Source of the DNA: Patescibacteria group bacterium | GTDB taxonomy: Bacteria; Patescibacteriota; Saccharimonadia; UBA4664 | Reading direction: 5' to 3' | DNA: 64,000 nucleotides | Assembly: GCA_028288925.1 (NCBI GenBank) | Contig: JAQGHG010000019.1 | Coordinates: forward strand, 8,047-72,046 | Shown here: positions 10,103 through 19,114 of the stretch, in pieces | Position numbering within the stretch: the stretch's first letter is position 1 | Layout: each line of letters opens with the position of its first letter | Translations under genes and position numbers: made by a program | The notes under the pieces: generated by a model | Seen by the model: only the letters and a program-made list of their open reading frames with translations | The model's database searches: none | What the model was told of the DNA's origin: nothing

Positions 10103-10189
10103 AGGTACCTGCACAAAAAAAGTACTCAAAACAAAAAAGAACAAACTCCATCACCAGAAACGGCTCCACAAAGGGCCGTTTCTCCTTTT
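10103..10189 (+). ncRNA. Candidate ~85-nt A-rich small RNA
   Basis: TTGACG-18-TAATCT promoter (10067-10096) and AGAAACGGCTC/GGGCCGTTTCT-CCTTTT terminator with no plus-strand ORF between. Confidence 0.5.
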
Positions 10190-10291
10190 GTGGGGCTACC
10201 TTACATTAAGAACAGCCCGCCGGATGCCGGCAGGCCTTACTATCCGAATGTTAAAACTCCCGGGTTGCCAACTCGCCAGAAAATTGGTCTG

Positions 10292-11191
10292 CTATTGCGC
10301 CGCCGTCTCAGTATCCGTAATTTGCTGGGAATCCAAACTCTTCGACAAAGCGTTATATTCGTCCACCCCTTGGCGGTAAACAGTGATGCGCCGGTTGATA
10401 TCATCGACTAAGCGGTTCTGCTGTGGCACCAGCGCGTTGTAAGCCGGAATACGGCCCGCGGCCCGGTATCCATCGAGCTGTTGGTTCAGAGCCCCCAGCC
10501 GGCCTTTCTCGGCCCGGATTTGAGCCAGCTCACTCTCCAGCTCAGTCCGGCGGGCATTAAACACCCCCTGGTACTTGGCATGCGCCGCCACGATCAACGA
10601 GCGGTCAGCAAAATACTTGGCGTAGTGCGCCTCCAGCACCGGCGACAGACTGCTGTTCTCGGTGGCTAATATTGAATGAAGCTCATTCGTCTCTTCGCCC
10701 GGCTCGCTCTTGGCGTAGCCGGCCATGCGCTGCCGCAAATCTTCATCCTGCACCTTCGCGTACGCCTGCTGCAGCTCACGGCCCAGTTCGGCCCGCTCGC
10801 CACTGCTCATCCGCGCCCACACCGCGTGGAGCAGCTCGTGAGCCGACACCACATCCATCTCGGACGCCAGAGCGGCATTATCAATCCGCAAGATATAAAT
10901 CCGGCCACGATAGTAGCACCCCAGCTCAAGCTCGTGCGGCTGAGTATTGCAGTCATGGTTAAAGGTTGTCTTGTCATCAATCTGCGGCTGGGCCCGATAA
11001 AATGCGGCCCGGGCCGCATGAGTCAAACCTAGCCGCCCCTCGACCGCCGCGACGCTTGCCGCCGGCCGAAACGTCACCAGAGCATACTGGTCCAGGATCG
11101 CCTGATAATTCAACGCGCCCACCACCAGCAAGACTAGGCATAGCAGCTGCGCGGCGGTACGAACCCGATGAGGCGACGAGTGAGGATGCAT
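10292..11191 (-). CDS. Membrane-anchored putative zinc metallopeptidase with C-terminal coiled coil
   Basis: N-terminal TM, ELGCY, AHELLHA (HExxH), NELHS. Confidence 0.7.
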   Translation of the reverse strand: MHPHSSPHRVRTAAQLLCLVLLVVGALNYQAILDQYALVTFRPAASVAAVEGRLGLTHAARAAFYRAQPQIDDKTTFNHDCNTQPHELELGCYYRGRIYILRIDNAALASEMDVVSAHELLHAVWARMSSGERAELGRELQQAYAKVQDEDLRQRMAGYAKSEPGEETNELHSILATENSSLSPVLEAHYAKYFADRSLIVAAHAKYQGVFNARRTELESELAQIRAEKGRLGALNQQLDGYRAAGRIPAYNALVPQQNRLVDDINRRITVYRQGVDEYNALSKSLDSQQITDTETAAQ

Positions 11192-11324
11192 AGTAGCATC
11201 ACTGTACCTGCCCTACGAGCCGGTGCCAAGTACGCACGCCTACTGATCCCTCTCATGCTTGCATAAGCCCGATTTGAGCGTAAGATAACAATCGACTTTC
11301 TCGGGTGGAGAAACTACCACAATT

Positions 11325-12014
11325 ATGCTCATGAATCCGCGCTCCACAATGTCTTCCTACCTCGTAACTCCTCGCCTGCGCGGCCACGCCGGACGTTGGA
11401 ACGGGTTCCGTGCTCGCGCCCTGACGATCAGCCGGGTGCGCAATCACATCAGCCCGCGCGCGCTCGCCAGCCTAGCGATTTGGACCGTCATCGTCAGCGT
11501 GTGGCAATATACCACTACCCCTCGCCTCGCCAACCAAGCCGCTCTGGCCAATGGCCAACAGACACCCATCATCGCCGAACCGGCCCCTACCGCCGGCCCA
11601 ATCGCCAACGAACCCGCCGCCCTAGCGGCGGTCGCTCACGCCGAAAAGCTCCCCGACGGTCCCACCGGCCAGCTCCTGCCTCCTGGCACCATGGCGCCCG
11701 ACCGTACCTACGCCAACAACTACTCACGAGGCCAATGCACCTGGTACGTCGCGAGCCGCCGCCAAATCCCCGGCGGCTGGGGCAATGCCAAAGCCTGGTA
11801 TTACCACGCCACAGCCAGCGGCTGGGCCGTCGGTACGGTGCCCGCCGTTGCCGCCGTCGCCTGGACCCCCAGCGGCTACTACGGCCACGTCGCGCTGGTC
11901 GAACAAGTCTCCGCCGACGGCCGGCAGGTATACGTCTCCGAAATGAACTACCGCGGCGTCGGCGTCAAAAGCTTCCGCTGGGCCCCTACTTCTTCATTTA
12001 AGTATATCTACTGA
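11325..12014 (+). CDS. CHAP-domain peptidoglycan hydrolase
   Basis: YSRGQCTWY, WGNA, YGHVALVE, VSEMNY. Confidence 0.9.
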   Translation: MLMNPRSTMSSYLVTPRLRGHAGRWNGFRARALTISRVRNHISPRALASLAIWTVIVSVWQYTTTPRLANQAALANGQQTPIIAEPAPTAGPIANEPAALAAVAHAEKLPDGPTGQLLPPGTMAPDRTYANNYSRGQCTWYVASRRQIPGGWGNAKAWYYHATASGWAVGTVPAVAAVAWTPSGYYGHVALVEQVSADGRQVYVSEMNYRGVGVKSFRWAPTSSFKYIY

Positions 12015-12032
12015 TATACACCCATCGCCCAC

Positions 12033-12129
12033 TATTCAGTAGAACTGAATACCCCTACCTATTTCGAACTCATAATCATGCCTTAATAAAGACAATGTTT
12101 GAAACACTATTCAGTTTCACTGTATAGTG
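12033..12129. promoter_or_regulatory. Two copies of palindromic operator TATTCAGT-N3-ACTG(A/T)ATA
   Basis: Copies at 12033-12051 and 12105-12129; the second overlaps a TTGAAA-18-TATAGT promoter. Confidence 0.7.
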
Positions 12130-12135
12130 ACGCCC

Positions 12136-12315
12136 ATGAATATCTCCACCCTCAACCAAACACTCACGCCCCAGGCCTTCTACGTGCTCAAACGCCTTAC
12201 TCGCCAAGGCCTCATTGAACGTCTCGACGCGCATAGCACCACCAACCCCAAAATAACCCACCTAGAGCGCGTCATCGCGCATACTCATTACAAACTAGGC
12301 CACAAGCTCTGGTAA
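12136..12315 (+). pseudogene. Internally deleted PadR-like regulator remnant (59 aa)
   Basis: LTPQAFYVL joined directly to KRLTRQGLIE...YKL; the PadR GYEI/GTLY HTH core is absent. Confidence 0.45.
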
Positions 12316-12324
12316 ACTACCTTT

Positions 12325-13704
12325 ATGAACCCCAAACGCTGGCACCCGGAACTCATCGTGCTCATCCTAGCGGCCGCCCTCACCCGCGTCTGGAATCTCT
12401 TCAGCCCCAACGCCGTCGTCTTCGACGAGACGTATTTCAAGAGCTTTGCGGCCCATTACCTGAACGGTCATTATTACTTCGACATCCACCCGCCCCTCGG
12501 TAAGCTCATGCTGGCCGGGCTAGCCCACCTCCAAGGCCTCGCGCCCAGTGCCATGATCAGCGGTACCGCCGTCACGCTCCGCTGGCTACCCGCCGTCGCC
12601 GGCATACTACTCGTACCCCTCGTATGGGGCATCCTGCGCCGCCTCGGCGCCACCCGGGCGTTCGCCTTCCTTGGCGCCGCCCTCATCCTCTTAGACAACG
12701 CCCTCACCGTCGAATCCCGCTTTATTCTCATGGACTCCACCTTGCTCCTCTGCGGCTTGGGCGCCCTCTACCTCTATCTCCGTGCGCGCACCGCCGGCCC
12801 CAACCACCGCTGGCTCTGGCTGGGCCTGGCCGCCCTCAGCGCCGGCGCCGCCATTAGCATCAAGTGGACCGGCCTCACCGCCCTTGCGCTCATCGGCCTG
12901 CTCTGGCTCTGGGATCAGCCCTCCCGCGAAGCCGCCTCCTGGCCACGCCGCCTCGGCGAGCTCGCCGTCCTCGCGTTTATCCCTACGCTGGTCTACCTCA
13001 GCGTCTTTTGGGCGCACTTTCAGCTCCTGCCCCGTTCCGGCGACGGCGACGCCTTTATGACCCCTCAGTTCCAATCAACCCTCATCGGCAACGCCGGTTA
13101 CGACCCTCACACCCATCTCCCCTTCATTACCAAATTCATCCAGCTCAACCAAGAGATGTACCGCGCGAACCAAACCCTCACCGCCACCCATCCCTATGGC
13201 TCCCGTTGGTACACCTGGCCGCTCGAAGGACGGCCGATTTACTACTGGCAAGGCGACACCCGGGCCGGCGGCCGCCAAGGCAATATCTACTTGCTCGGCA
13301 ACCCGGCCGTCTGGTGGGGTGTCTGGATCGCGATCCTGGCCGGCCTCGTATACGCCTACCTCGGCCGCCGTCGCCTCCGCCCGGCTACCATGGCCGCCCT
13401 AGCCGTCGCCGCCACTGCCTACTTCCTTAACTTTTTACCCTTCGTCGCCGTCGCCCGGGTAATGTTCCTCTATCATTACTTCTTCTCCTTCATCTTCAGC
13501 CTCATCTTTGCCGTCATGCTCTGGAACGACCTTGCTACCACCAAGAAGGGCCGCCAGCTCATCCATCTCCGTCAGCGCCAAATCTATGGCGCCGTCATCG
13601 TACTCATAACCCTCGGTTTCATCTTCTTCGCCCCGCTCACATATGGTTCTCCACTCACGCCCAACGGCCTCCAAGCCCGCATGTGGCTCCACTCCTGGCG
13701 CTAA
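12325..13704 (+). CDS. Protein O-mannosyltransferase (PMT/GT39-like)
   Basis: VFDETYF, FDIHPPLGKL, SRFILMD, KWTG, HPYGSRWYTWP, LLGNPAVWW, MFLYHY. Confidence 0.9.
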   Translation: MNPKRWHPELIVLILAAALTRVWNLFSPNAVVFDETYFKSFAAHYLNGHYYFDIHPPLGKLMLAGLAHLQGLAPSAMISGTAVTLRWLPAVAGILLVPLVWGILRRLGATRAFAFLGAALILLDNALTVESRFILMDSTLLLCGLGALYLYLRARTAGPNHRWLWLGLAALSAGAAISIKWTGLTALALIGLLWLWDQPSREAASWPRRLGELAVLAFIPTLVYLSVFWAHFQLLPRSGDGDAFMTPQFQSTLIGNAGYDPHTHLPFITKFIQLNQEMYRANQTLTATHPYGSRWYTWPLEGRPIYYWQGDTRAGGRQGNIYLLGNPAVWWGVWIAILAGLVYAYLGRRRLRPATMAALAVAATAYFLNFLPFVAVARVMFLYHYFFSFIFSLIFAVMLWNDLATTKKGRQLIHLRQRQIYGAVIVLITLGFIFFAPLTYGSPLTPNGLQARMWLHSWR

Positions 13705-13747
13705 GAGCACATAGACACCATCGGCCCTGGGCATTACCATAAGAGAC

Positions 13748-15325
13748 ATGAATGACGCAGACCGCGACCAAATCGAAGCCGCCACCGAACAATACGCAAC
13801 CCAGCTCGGGATGCCCTACTTCGACACCCGCCCCCGCCTTGATATTCGCCCTCTGGTCGGCAAGCTCACGCTCCAAGGTATGCAGGCCTACGGCGTAGTT
13901 CCGCTGGGCCTCGACGCCAATCACCTCGTCCTCGGCACCAGCGAAGAAACCAACCGCGCCGAGCTCGAATCCCTCAAGCAGCGCCTGGCCGGCTACGATG
14001 TTGAATACGACTTTGTCTCCCAGCTCGGCTGGAACCGCCTGCTCAACCGCTACTCCGTCGCCGACAACCTCGATGTCCTCGACACCGGCGACTTTAGCGG
14101 CTTCACCGAACGCATCATGAACATCGAGCCCAAGTTCATGTTTGAGCCCGTCGCGCAGCTAGCCTACCAACTCGGCGCCTCCGACATCCACGTCGAGCCG
14201 GGCGAACACGAAGCCCGCATCCGCTTCCGCATCGACGGCACCCTCCACCCCATCACCATCATCCCCAAGGATCGCTATGATCTCTTCGCCTCCGACCTGC
14301 AAATGCGCGCCGGGGTCAAATGGGGCGGCGACGAACCCCAAGGCGGCCGTATCAGCATGATCGTCGTCAACGACGACGGCGACGAGACCCAGCTCAACAT
14401 GCGGCTAGAGACCATCCCCTCTCTCCATGGCGAAGATGTGGTCATCCGCCTCTTCAACCTCAGCGTACAGTACCTGACTCTCGAGAACCTCAAGCTCAGC
14501 AAGCGGCAACTGTCGACACTCCTCCGCAGCGTTGCCCACCCCCGCGGCATGGTCATGAGCGTAGGACCTACCGGCTCCGGCAAGACCTCCACGCTCTATT
14601 CCATCCTCAACCACCTCAACAATCCCGAGGTCAAGATTGTCACACTCGAAGACCCCATCGAATACGAGCTCAACGGCATCAGCCAGGTCCCCGTCCACAC
14701 CGACGACAAAGGGCTCTTCATCAACGAGCTCCGCGCCGTCCTCCGCGAAGACCCCAACATCATCATGATCGGGGAAATCCGCGACGCCGACACCGCCAAG
14801 ACGGCGCTGCAGGCCTCACTCACCGGTCACCTTGTGCTATCCACCTTTCACGCCACGAATGCCTCATCCGCTATCTCGCGTCTGATGGACATGATCGGCG
14901 AGAACCCCCTCCTCGCTAGCTCCATCAAGCTCATCATGGCCCAGCGCCTGGTGCGCGAGCTCTGCAAAGTCTGCAAGGAAGTTTACGAACCCAACCGGGA
15001 TGAACTGCTCCAGATCAAGACCGCTCTCCATGGCATGCCCGAGGACTCGCATCCTCCCATCGAAGGCGCCAAACTCGCCCGGGCCGTCGGCTGCCACGTC
15101 TGCCACCAGTTTGGCTACGACGGCCGCCTCAACATCATGGAACAGCTCGAAATCACCCCCAAAATGGGCGAGCTCATGGCCCACGGCACCGCCGCCACTA
15201 CTGCCACCGCCATCGAGCAAGCCGCCGTCAAAGACGGCATGGTCACCCTCATGCAGGACGGCGTCATCAAAGCCTTAGAGCAAAAGGTTACGCTCGAAGA
15301 AGTCTTCATCCAAGTCGGCGAATAG
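13748..15325 (+). CDS. GspE/PilB-family type IV pilus/T2SS ATPase
   Basis: ASDIHVEP, RFRIDG, GPTGSGKT, TLEDPIEY, LREDPNIIMIGEIRD, TGHLVLST, two CxxC. Confidence 0.93.
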   Translation: MNDADRDQIEAATEQYATQLGMPYFDTRPRLDIRPLVGKLTLQGMQAYGVVPLGLDANHLVLGTSEETNRAELESLKQRLAGYDVEYDFVSQLGWNRLLNRYSVADNLDVLDTGDFSGFTERIMNIEPKFMFEPVAQLAYQLGASDIHVEPGEHEARIRFRIDGTLHPITIIPKDRYDLFASDLQMRAGVKWGGDEPQGGRISMIVVNDDGDETQLNMRLETIPSLHGEDVVIRLFNLSVQYLTLENLKLSKRQLSTLLRSVAHPRGMVMSVGPTGSGKTSTLYSILNHLNNPEVKIVTLEDPIEYELNGISQVPVHTDDKGLFINELRAVLREDPNIIMIGEIRDADTAKTALQASLTGHLVLSTFHATNASSAISRLMDMIGENPLLASSIKLIMAQRLVRELCKVCKEVYEPNRDELLQIKTALHGMPEDSHPPIEGAKLARAVGCHVCHQFGYDGRLNIMEQLEITPKMGELMAHGTAATTATAIEQAAVKDGMVTLMQDGVIKALEQKVTLEEVFIQVGE

Positions 15326-15327
15326 CC

Positions 15328-16098
15328 CTAGGACTCGTCAGCCACCCGGCGTGCCGCGGCAAATTCCGGATCAGCCGCCAGCGCTCTGTGCGCATCCGAA
15401 AAATAGTATTGCTCCAGGATCTTTCCCCATCCGGCCACATGCCGCGCCACCACAGCTTCGTCTTTGCTGTCGTAAGAATAGTTAGGCTGTGCGGAAGGAT
15501 AATGATCGCTATACGGTACATTTGTGGTATTAAGAAGCTTTGGCTCCTCGTCCGGCCCCGGTCTCCGCTCGTTCATTACCGCCACAACCGCTTCGTCAGG
15601 ATAGCCCTTAACCACGCCATACGGAGCATGAATGGGATCAGTGTCGCCACTAAAATAAGTCCCTGGCTTCGTAGCCTTAGCTACACGCCAAGCATCTTCC
15701 CACCAATCATCTACACCTCCCCAGCCGGTCCGGGCATCAAACCGCGCTACGCCAGGCACCTGAGTATTCTGAGTGGTGCGCTCGTACCCCGCCAGGCTCT
15801 CTACGTTCATCATCAGAACTGGACGGCCACCTTTACCCTCTATCATCTTGGCCTGAAAACGCACTCCTCGCGGCTCCGTAAATTCGCTCAAACGCTCAAT
15901 CGGCGCCACATCCTCCGCCGTTCCACCACGTATATACACTTCCGTTTGGCCCCGCGCGTCGGCTAGGGTCAAAACCACATTGGGATCAACCAAATACGCG
16001 CCCAGCCTAGGCTCAAGCCGGCTATACCAAGCCTGGATTCGTTCCGCCGCCCGCTCCGCCGAAGGCTCAGTGTCCATGTCGCTTCTTGCCAGCCCCAT
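15328..16098 (-). CDS. Hypothetical protein
   Basis: Long ORF directly after the 16103 gene; GVVKGYP motif; start uncertain (16098 or 16077). Confidence 0.6.
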   Translation of the reverse strand: MGLARSDMDTEPSAERAAERIQAWYSRLEPRLGAYLVDPNVVLTLADARGQTEVYIRGGTAEDVAPIERLSEFTEPRGVRFQAKMIEGKGGRPVLMMNVESLAGYERTTQNTQVPGVARFDARTGWGGVDDWWEDAWRVAKATKPGTYFSGDTDPIHAPYGVVKGYPDEAVVAVMNERRPGPDEEPKLLNTTNVPYSDHYPSAQPNYSYDSKDEAVVARHVAGWGKILEQYYFSDAHRALAADPEFAAARRVADES

Positions 16099-16102
16099 TA
16101 TC

Positions 16103-17893
16103 CTAAAATCCCGCCAACACCTTAGTACCCTGCGTGTCCGCCGGTATCTCATACCAGTTTGGCGAGCAGCCACCCAGCACCACGGTCGGCGCCTGCAGTA
16201 TAGGCTTGGGCGCGGCCGTATCCAAACACGATGCGTGATCAAAGCCCAGCCAATGGCCCACTTCGTGATCGATCATCTCGCCGTGGTAGGCATCCGAGCC
16301 GCCCGTCCAGGCCGCCGGTGGTTTGAGCCACATATCGCGGTTCAAGCCAATTACATTGCCCACCTGGCAGGTAGTGTGACCCGCGCAGGCCGGATCAAGC
16401 GCCGTTATCACCGCCGGGCTCACCAGACGGATAGCCAAGTTACAGTCAGCCTCGGCTCGCACGAACTTCAGCTGGCCACCCAGCGTCCATGCGCCCCCCG
16501 CGCCCAGCACCGCCGCTACCCGCACCGACAACGCCTCCAGATCGGCCGGCGCCTCCGCCTGCGGACAATATCCATACTCAGCCGCTGCCGGATGGGCTAT
16601 AGCCGGCAAAGCCGGATTGCCCGTAATCTTCCGAGGCGCCGTATAAGCCAGGTCGCGCTTGGCCTGAACGGCCACTATCAGTGCCGCGGCCGTCGCCGTC
16701 CGGTCAAACGCGCCGGGTATCGTCGCCACATAGGCCACCACCCGTGAGCCATCCACGCTCACACCCTTGCCTGGGCCGGCGAACACTAGCCACTCACCGA
16801 TCTGCGCTGCTGTCGGTGCGTAAGTCTTAGTCAGTACCTTCACACTCAAGCTCAGCCCCAAGCGTGCCTGAGCCTCCTCCGCGTCCGGCTTATACGCTCC
16901 CGCCGCCAAAACTGGAGCAAGCTTATCCGGCCGCAATTCCACGCTGCTCTTCGCTCCCAGCCCCTCGCGAATCAATCTTTCAAGCTCGGACTCGCTCAAG
17001 CGGCTACCCGCCTTCTCGGTAATCACAAAAGCCTGGCCGTTTACGATCATGGGCAGCGCGTCGCTCGCCCGGTAGTTGACCAACGATGCCAGCCGCGTCG
17101 CCTCGCCATGCACAGCCGCGGCATTAGGCTCGTAGCGGATAGCCAACGGCCGGGACATCAGCATGCGCGCCACACCCGCTATCGGCAGCGGCGTATCCCG
17201 CCCCGCCGCCCGTACCCGACGCTCCACCTGTTCAATGTCGGCCGCCCCCAGCCGGCCGGCGTCGAGCACATAGCTCGCGCTGCCCAACGTCACCTTGAGC
17301 TTCGACCGCGGCGCCAATGCCACGAGTCGCTGATGCAAAGCTCCAAAAGGCACCCCGCTCAAATCCGTCTGCCCCACATGCACCCCGGGATACACCCGCT
17401 GGCCATAATACCCAAATAACGCCGCGTTCAACGCCGCGAACACCACAACCACCGCCGCCACAATCAACCATCTCGTAGGCAGCGCCAACAAACTCCACGA
17501 CCTCCTAGCCTTGGCCTTGGCGGCATATCTCGCCGCGGACTTAGAACGCGCCGTCTTAGGCGGCTCAGCCACATGCCGTGGCGCCATTACCGGAGCCGGC
17601 AGTACCACGATCCCCCCGGCCACCGCCGGATGCGCCGGCGCCAAAATCGACCGCATCGAAGCAAAAGCCGTAGCCTTCGCCACCGGCTTCGCGCCGCTCA
17701 CCGGCAGCCGGAAGCGCACCCGGTCGTGCGTCGCGTCGGTAATCGCCCGCTGCAGCAGCGGATCAGTCGTATCCTCCAGCGCCGGACCCTTGTCGGCATC
17801 GTCTGAGCCCAACGCCACCACATCACCACACTGCAGGCAAAACATCACGCCATCTACGGGCATCAGAGCGGCATTACAATGAGGGCATTTCAT
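16103..17893 (-). CDS. Zinc ribbon + TM + YoaR/VanW-type peptidoglycan-binding region + C-terminal DUF3152-like metallopeptidase
   Basis: CPHC...CLQC, TM, RVYPGVHVG.DLSG, HEVGHWLGFDH (HExxHxxGxxH). Confidence 0.75.
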   Translation of the reverse strand: MKCPHCNAALMPVDGVMFCLQCGDVVALGSDDADKGPALEDTTDPLLQRAITDATHDRVRFRLPVSGAKPVAKATAFASMRSILAPAHPAVAGGIVVLPAPVMAPRHVAEPPKTARSKSAARYAAKAKARRSWSLLALPTRWLIVAAVVVVFAALNAALFGYYGQRVYPGVHVGQTDLSGVPFGALHQRLVALAPRSKLKVTLGSASYVLDAGRLGAADIEQVERRVRAAGRDTPLPIAGVARMLMSRPLAIRYEPNAAAVHGEATRLASLVNYRASDALPMIVNGQAFVITEKAGSRLSESELERLIREGLGAKSSVELRPDKLAPVLAAGAYKPDAEEAQARLGLSLSVKVLTKTYAPTAAQIGEWLVFAGPGKGVSVDGSRVVAYVATIPGAFDRTATAAALIVAVQAKRDLAYTAPRKITGNPALPAIAHPAAAEYGYCPQAEAPADLEALSVRVAAVLGAGGAWTLGGQLKFVRAEADCNLAIRLVSPAVITALDPACAGHTTCQVGNVIGLNRDMWLKPPAAWTGGSDAYHGEMIDHEVGHWLGFDHASCLDTAAPKPILQAPTVVLGGCSPNWYEIPADTQGTKVLAGF

Positions 17894-18018
17894 AAGTGTT
17901 TGTTTTTAGGGGAATTATTACTTAAATTTTACCACAAGAAGTATCAATCAGAGAACAAACAATGTATCCAGGACCTACGAGTGACTTTCGCGCCCCTTTC
18001 CCTTTTGCTTTTAGCTGC

Positions 18019-18109
18019 GAACCTCCCACCTCCCTTGCTCACGAACTCGACCTCGTTGCTTATCCATGCGTTGTGCTGTTAAGCGCTCGCTAAGGTAGGT
18101 GGGAGGTTC
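18019..18109. repeat. Long inverted-repeat hairpin
   Basis: Perfect 13-bp arms GAACCTCCCACCT/AGGTGGGAGGTTC. Confidence 0.75.
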
Positions 18110-18139
18110 TGCGCTCTACCCCTCTTCTCGTGTGGCTTA

Positions 18140-18282
18140 GGGCCTACGGGTGGCAGGCGTACAATATATCTCCGAACAAGCGGACGCCGGTACAGATACC
18201 GACTACACCGAAGAGACGGGTAGCGTTCGGACGCGTGAGGAGATATGTTGCACGGCTGACAGGACCCGTACGATACAGGCCC
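18140..18282. other. Branched stem-loop element (~143 nt)
   Basis: Nested stems GGGCCT/AGGCCC, ACGGGT/ACCCGT, CAATATATCTCC/GGAGATATGTTG, capped by two small hairpins. Confidence 0.6.
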
Positions 18283-18285
18283 ACC

Positions 18286-19113
18286 CTACCGCCGCAACAG
18301 ATCCAACCACACCAGCCCACCCTGCAAACCCGCCATATCCCCAAGCTTGGCGTACTCCAAACGTGGTAAATCCGGCAACACTTTCGGCATCTTCTTGAGC
18401 TCAGCACCCACTAATTGCAAATCAATATCCCTCATCATGCTCCCGCCGAACACCACCATATCCGGCGTCCAGTGCAACAAGGTGTTGTAGAGCCCAAGCG
18501 CCAGATGCCGCGCCTCGGCCTGCCAGATTTTCTTGTCCTTGCGCAGATCCTGCGGCCGCTTACCTAAGCGTTGCTCCATAGCCGCGCCACCCGTCCAGTA
18601 TTCCAACGTCCGAAAACCACCGCTATCGTCACCGGCATCTCCCGGCGCCATCAGTTGCTGCCCCACTTCATACCGGGAAATCGTCTCATCAATCTCACCA
18701 TCTACAATCCGCACGGCGTTCACCCCGGTACTGACCGTAAAGTAAGCCATCACGCCCGCGGTGGTACCGGCGCCATAATGCGCCTCGCCCAATCCGCCCA
18801 TCGCCACATCGTTCAGGATATGGACCGGACAGCCTACGAGCTGCTCAAGACGCTGCCGCACCGGCAGTCCAATCCATTTCGGCAGGTTCGATGCCACCGT
18901 CAGCACACCGTTCTCGCCCTCAATCTGGCCCGGAAAACTCCCCGCCATCGCCCGGATCTTATGCTTACCCTTTACTTCCTCCACCGCGCTCAGAAACTTC
19001 GCGAACCCCCCGGCACTGCGATCAGTGTCCAGGCGCACAATCTGACCCACCTTACCCTTATCGGCCAAGGCCACCCGCGTGCGCGAAGCCCCCATATCAA
19101 ATACCAGCACCAT
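18286..19113 (-). CDS. ROK-family sugar kinase (putative glucokinase)
   Basis: FDMGASRTR, SNLPKW, ILNDVAMGGLGEA, TVSTGV, EVGQ, VVFGGS. Confidence 0.88.
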   Translation of the reverse strand: MVLVFDMGASRTRVALADKGKVGQIVRLDTDRSAGGFAKFLSAVEEVKGKHKIRAMAGSFPGQIEGENGVLTVASNLPKWIGLPVRQRLEQLVGCPVHILNDVAMGGLGEAHYGAGTTAGVMAYFTVSTGVNAVRIVDGEIDETISRYEVGQQLMAPGDAGDDSGGFRTLEYWTGGAAMEQRLGKRPQDLRKDKKIWQAEARHLALGLYNTLLHWTPDMVVFGGSMMRDIDLQLVGAELKKMPKVLPDLPRLEYAKLGDMAGLQGGLVWLDLLRR

Positions 19114-19114
19114 C

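Noticed and set aside
10095-10151. Minus-strand 18-aa ORF MEFVLFCFEYFFCAGTCK sharing MEF/CAG with the window-edge sequence
   Set aside because: Promoter and terminator polarity favour a plus-strand RNA; the shared residues follow from the shared nucleotide blocks.
18140-18282. 6S RNA or SRP RNA call
   Set aside because: No central bubble typical of 6S and no SRP domain IV motif; left as an unassigned structure.
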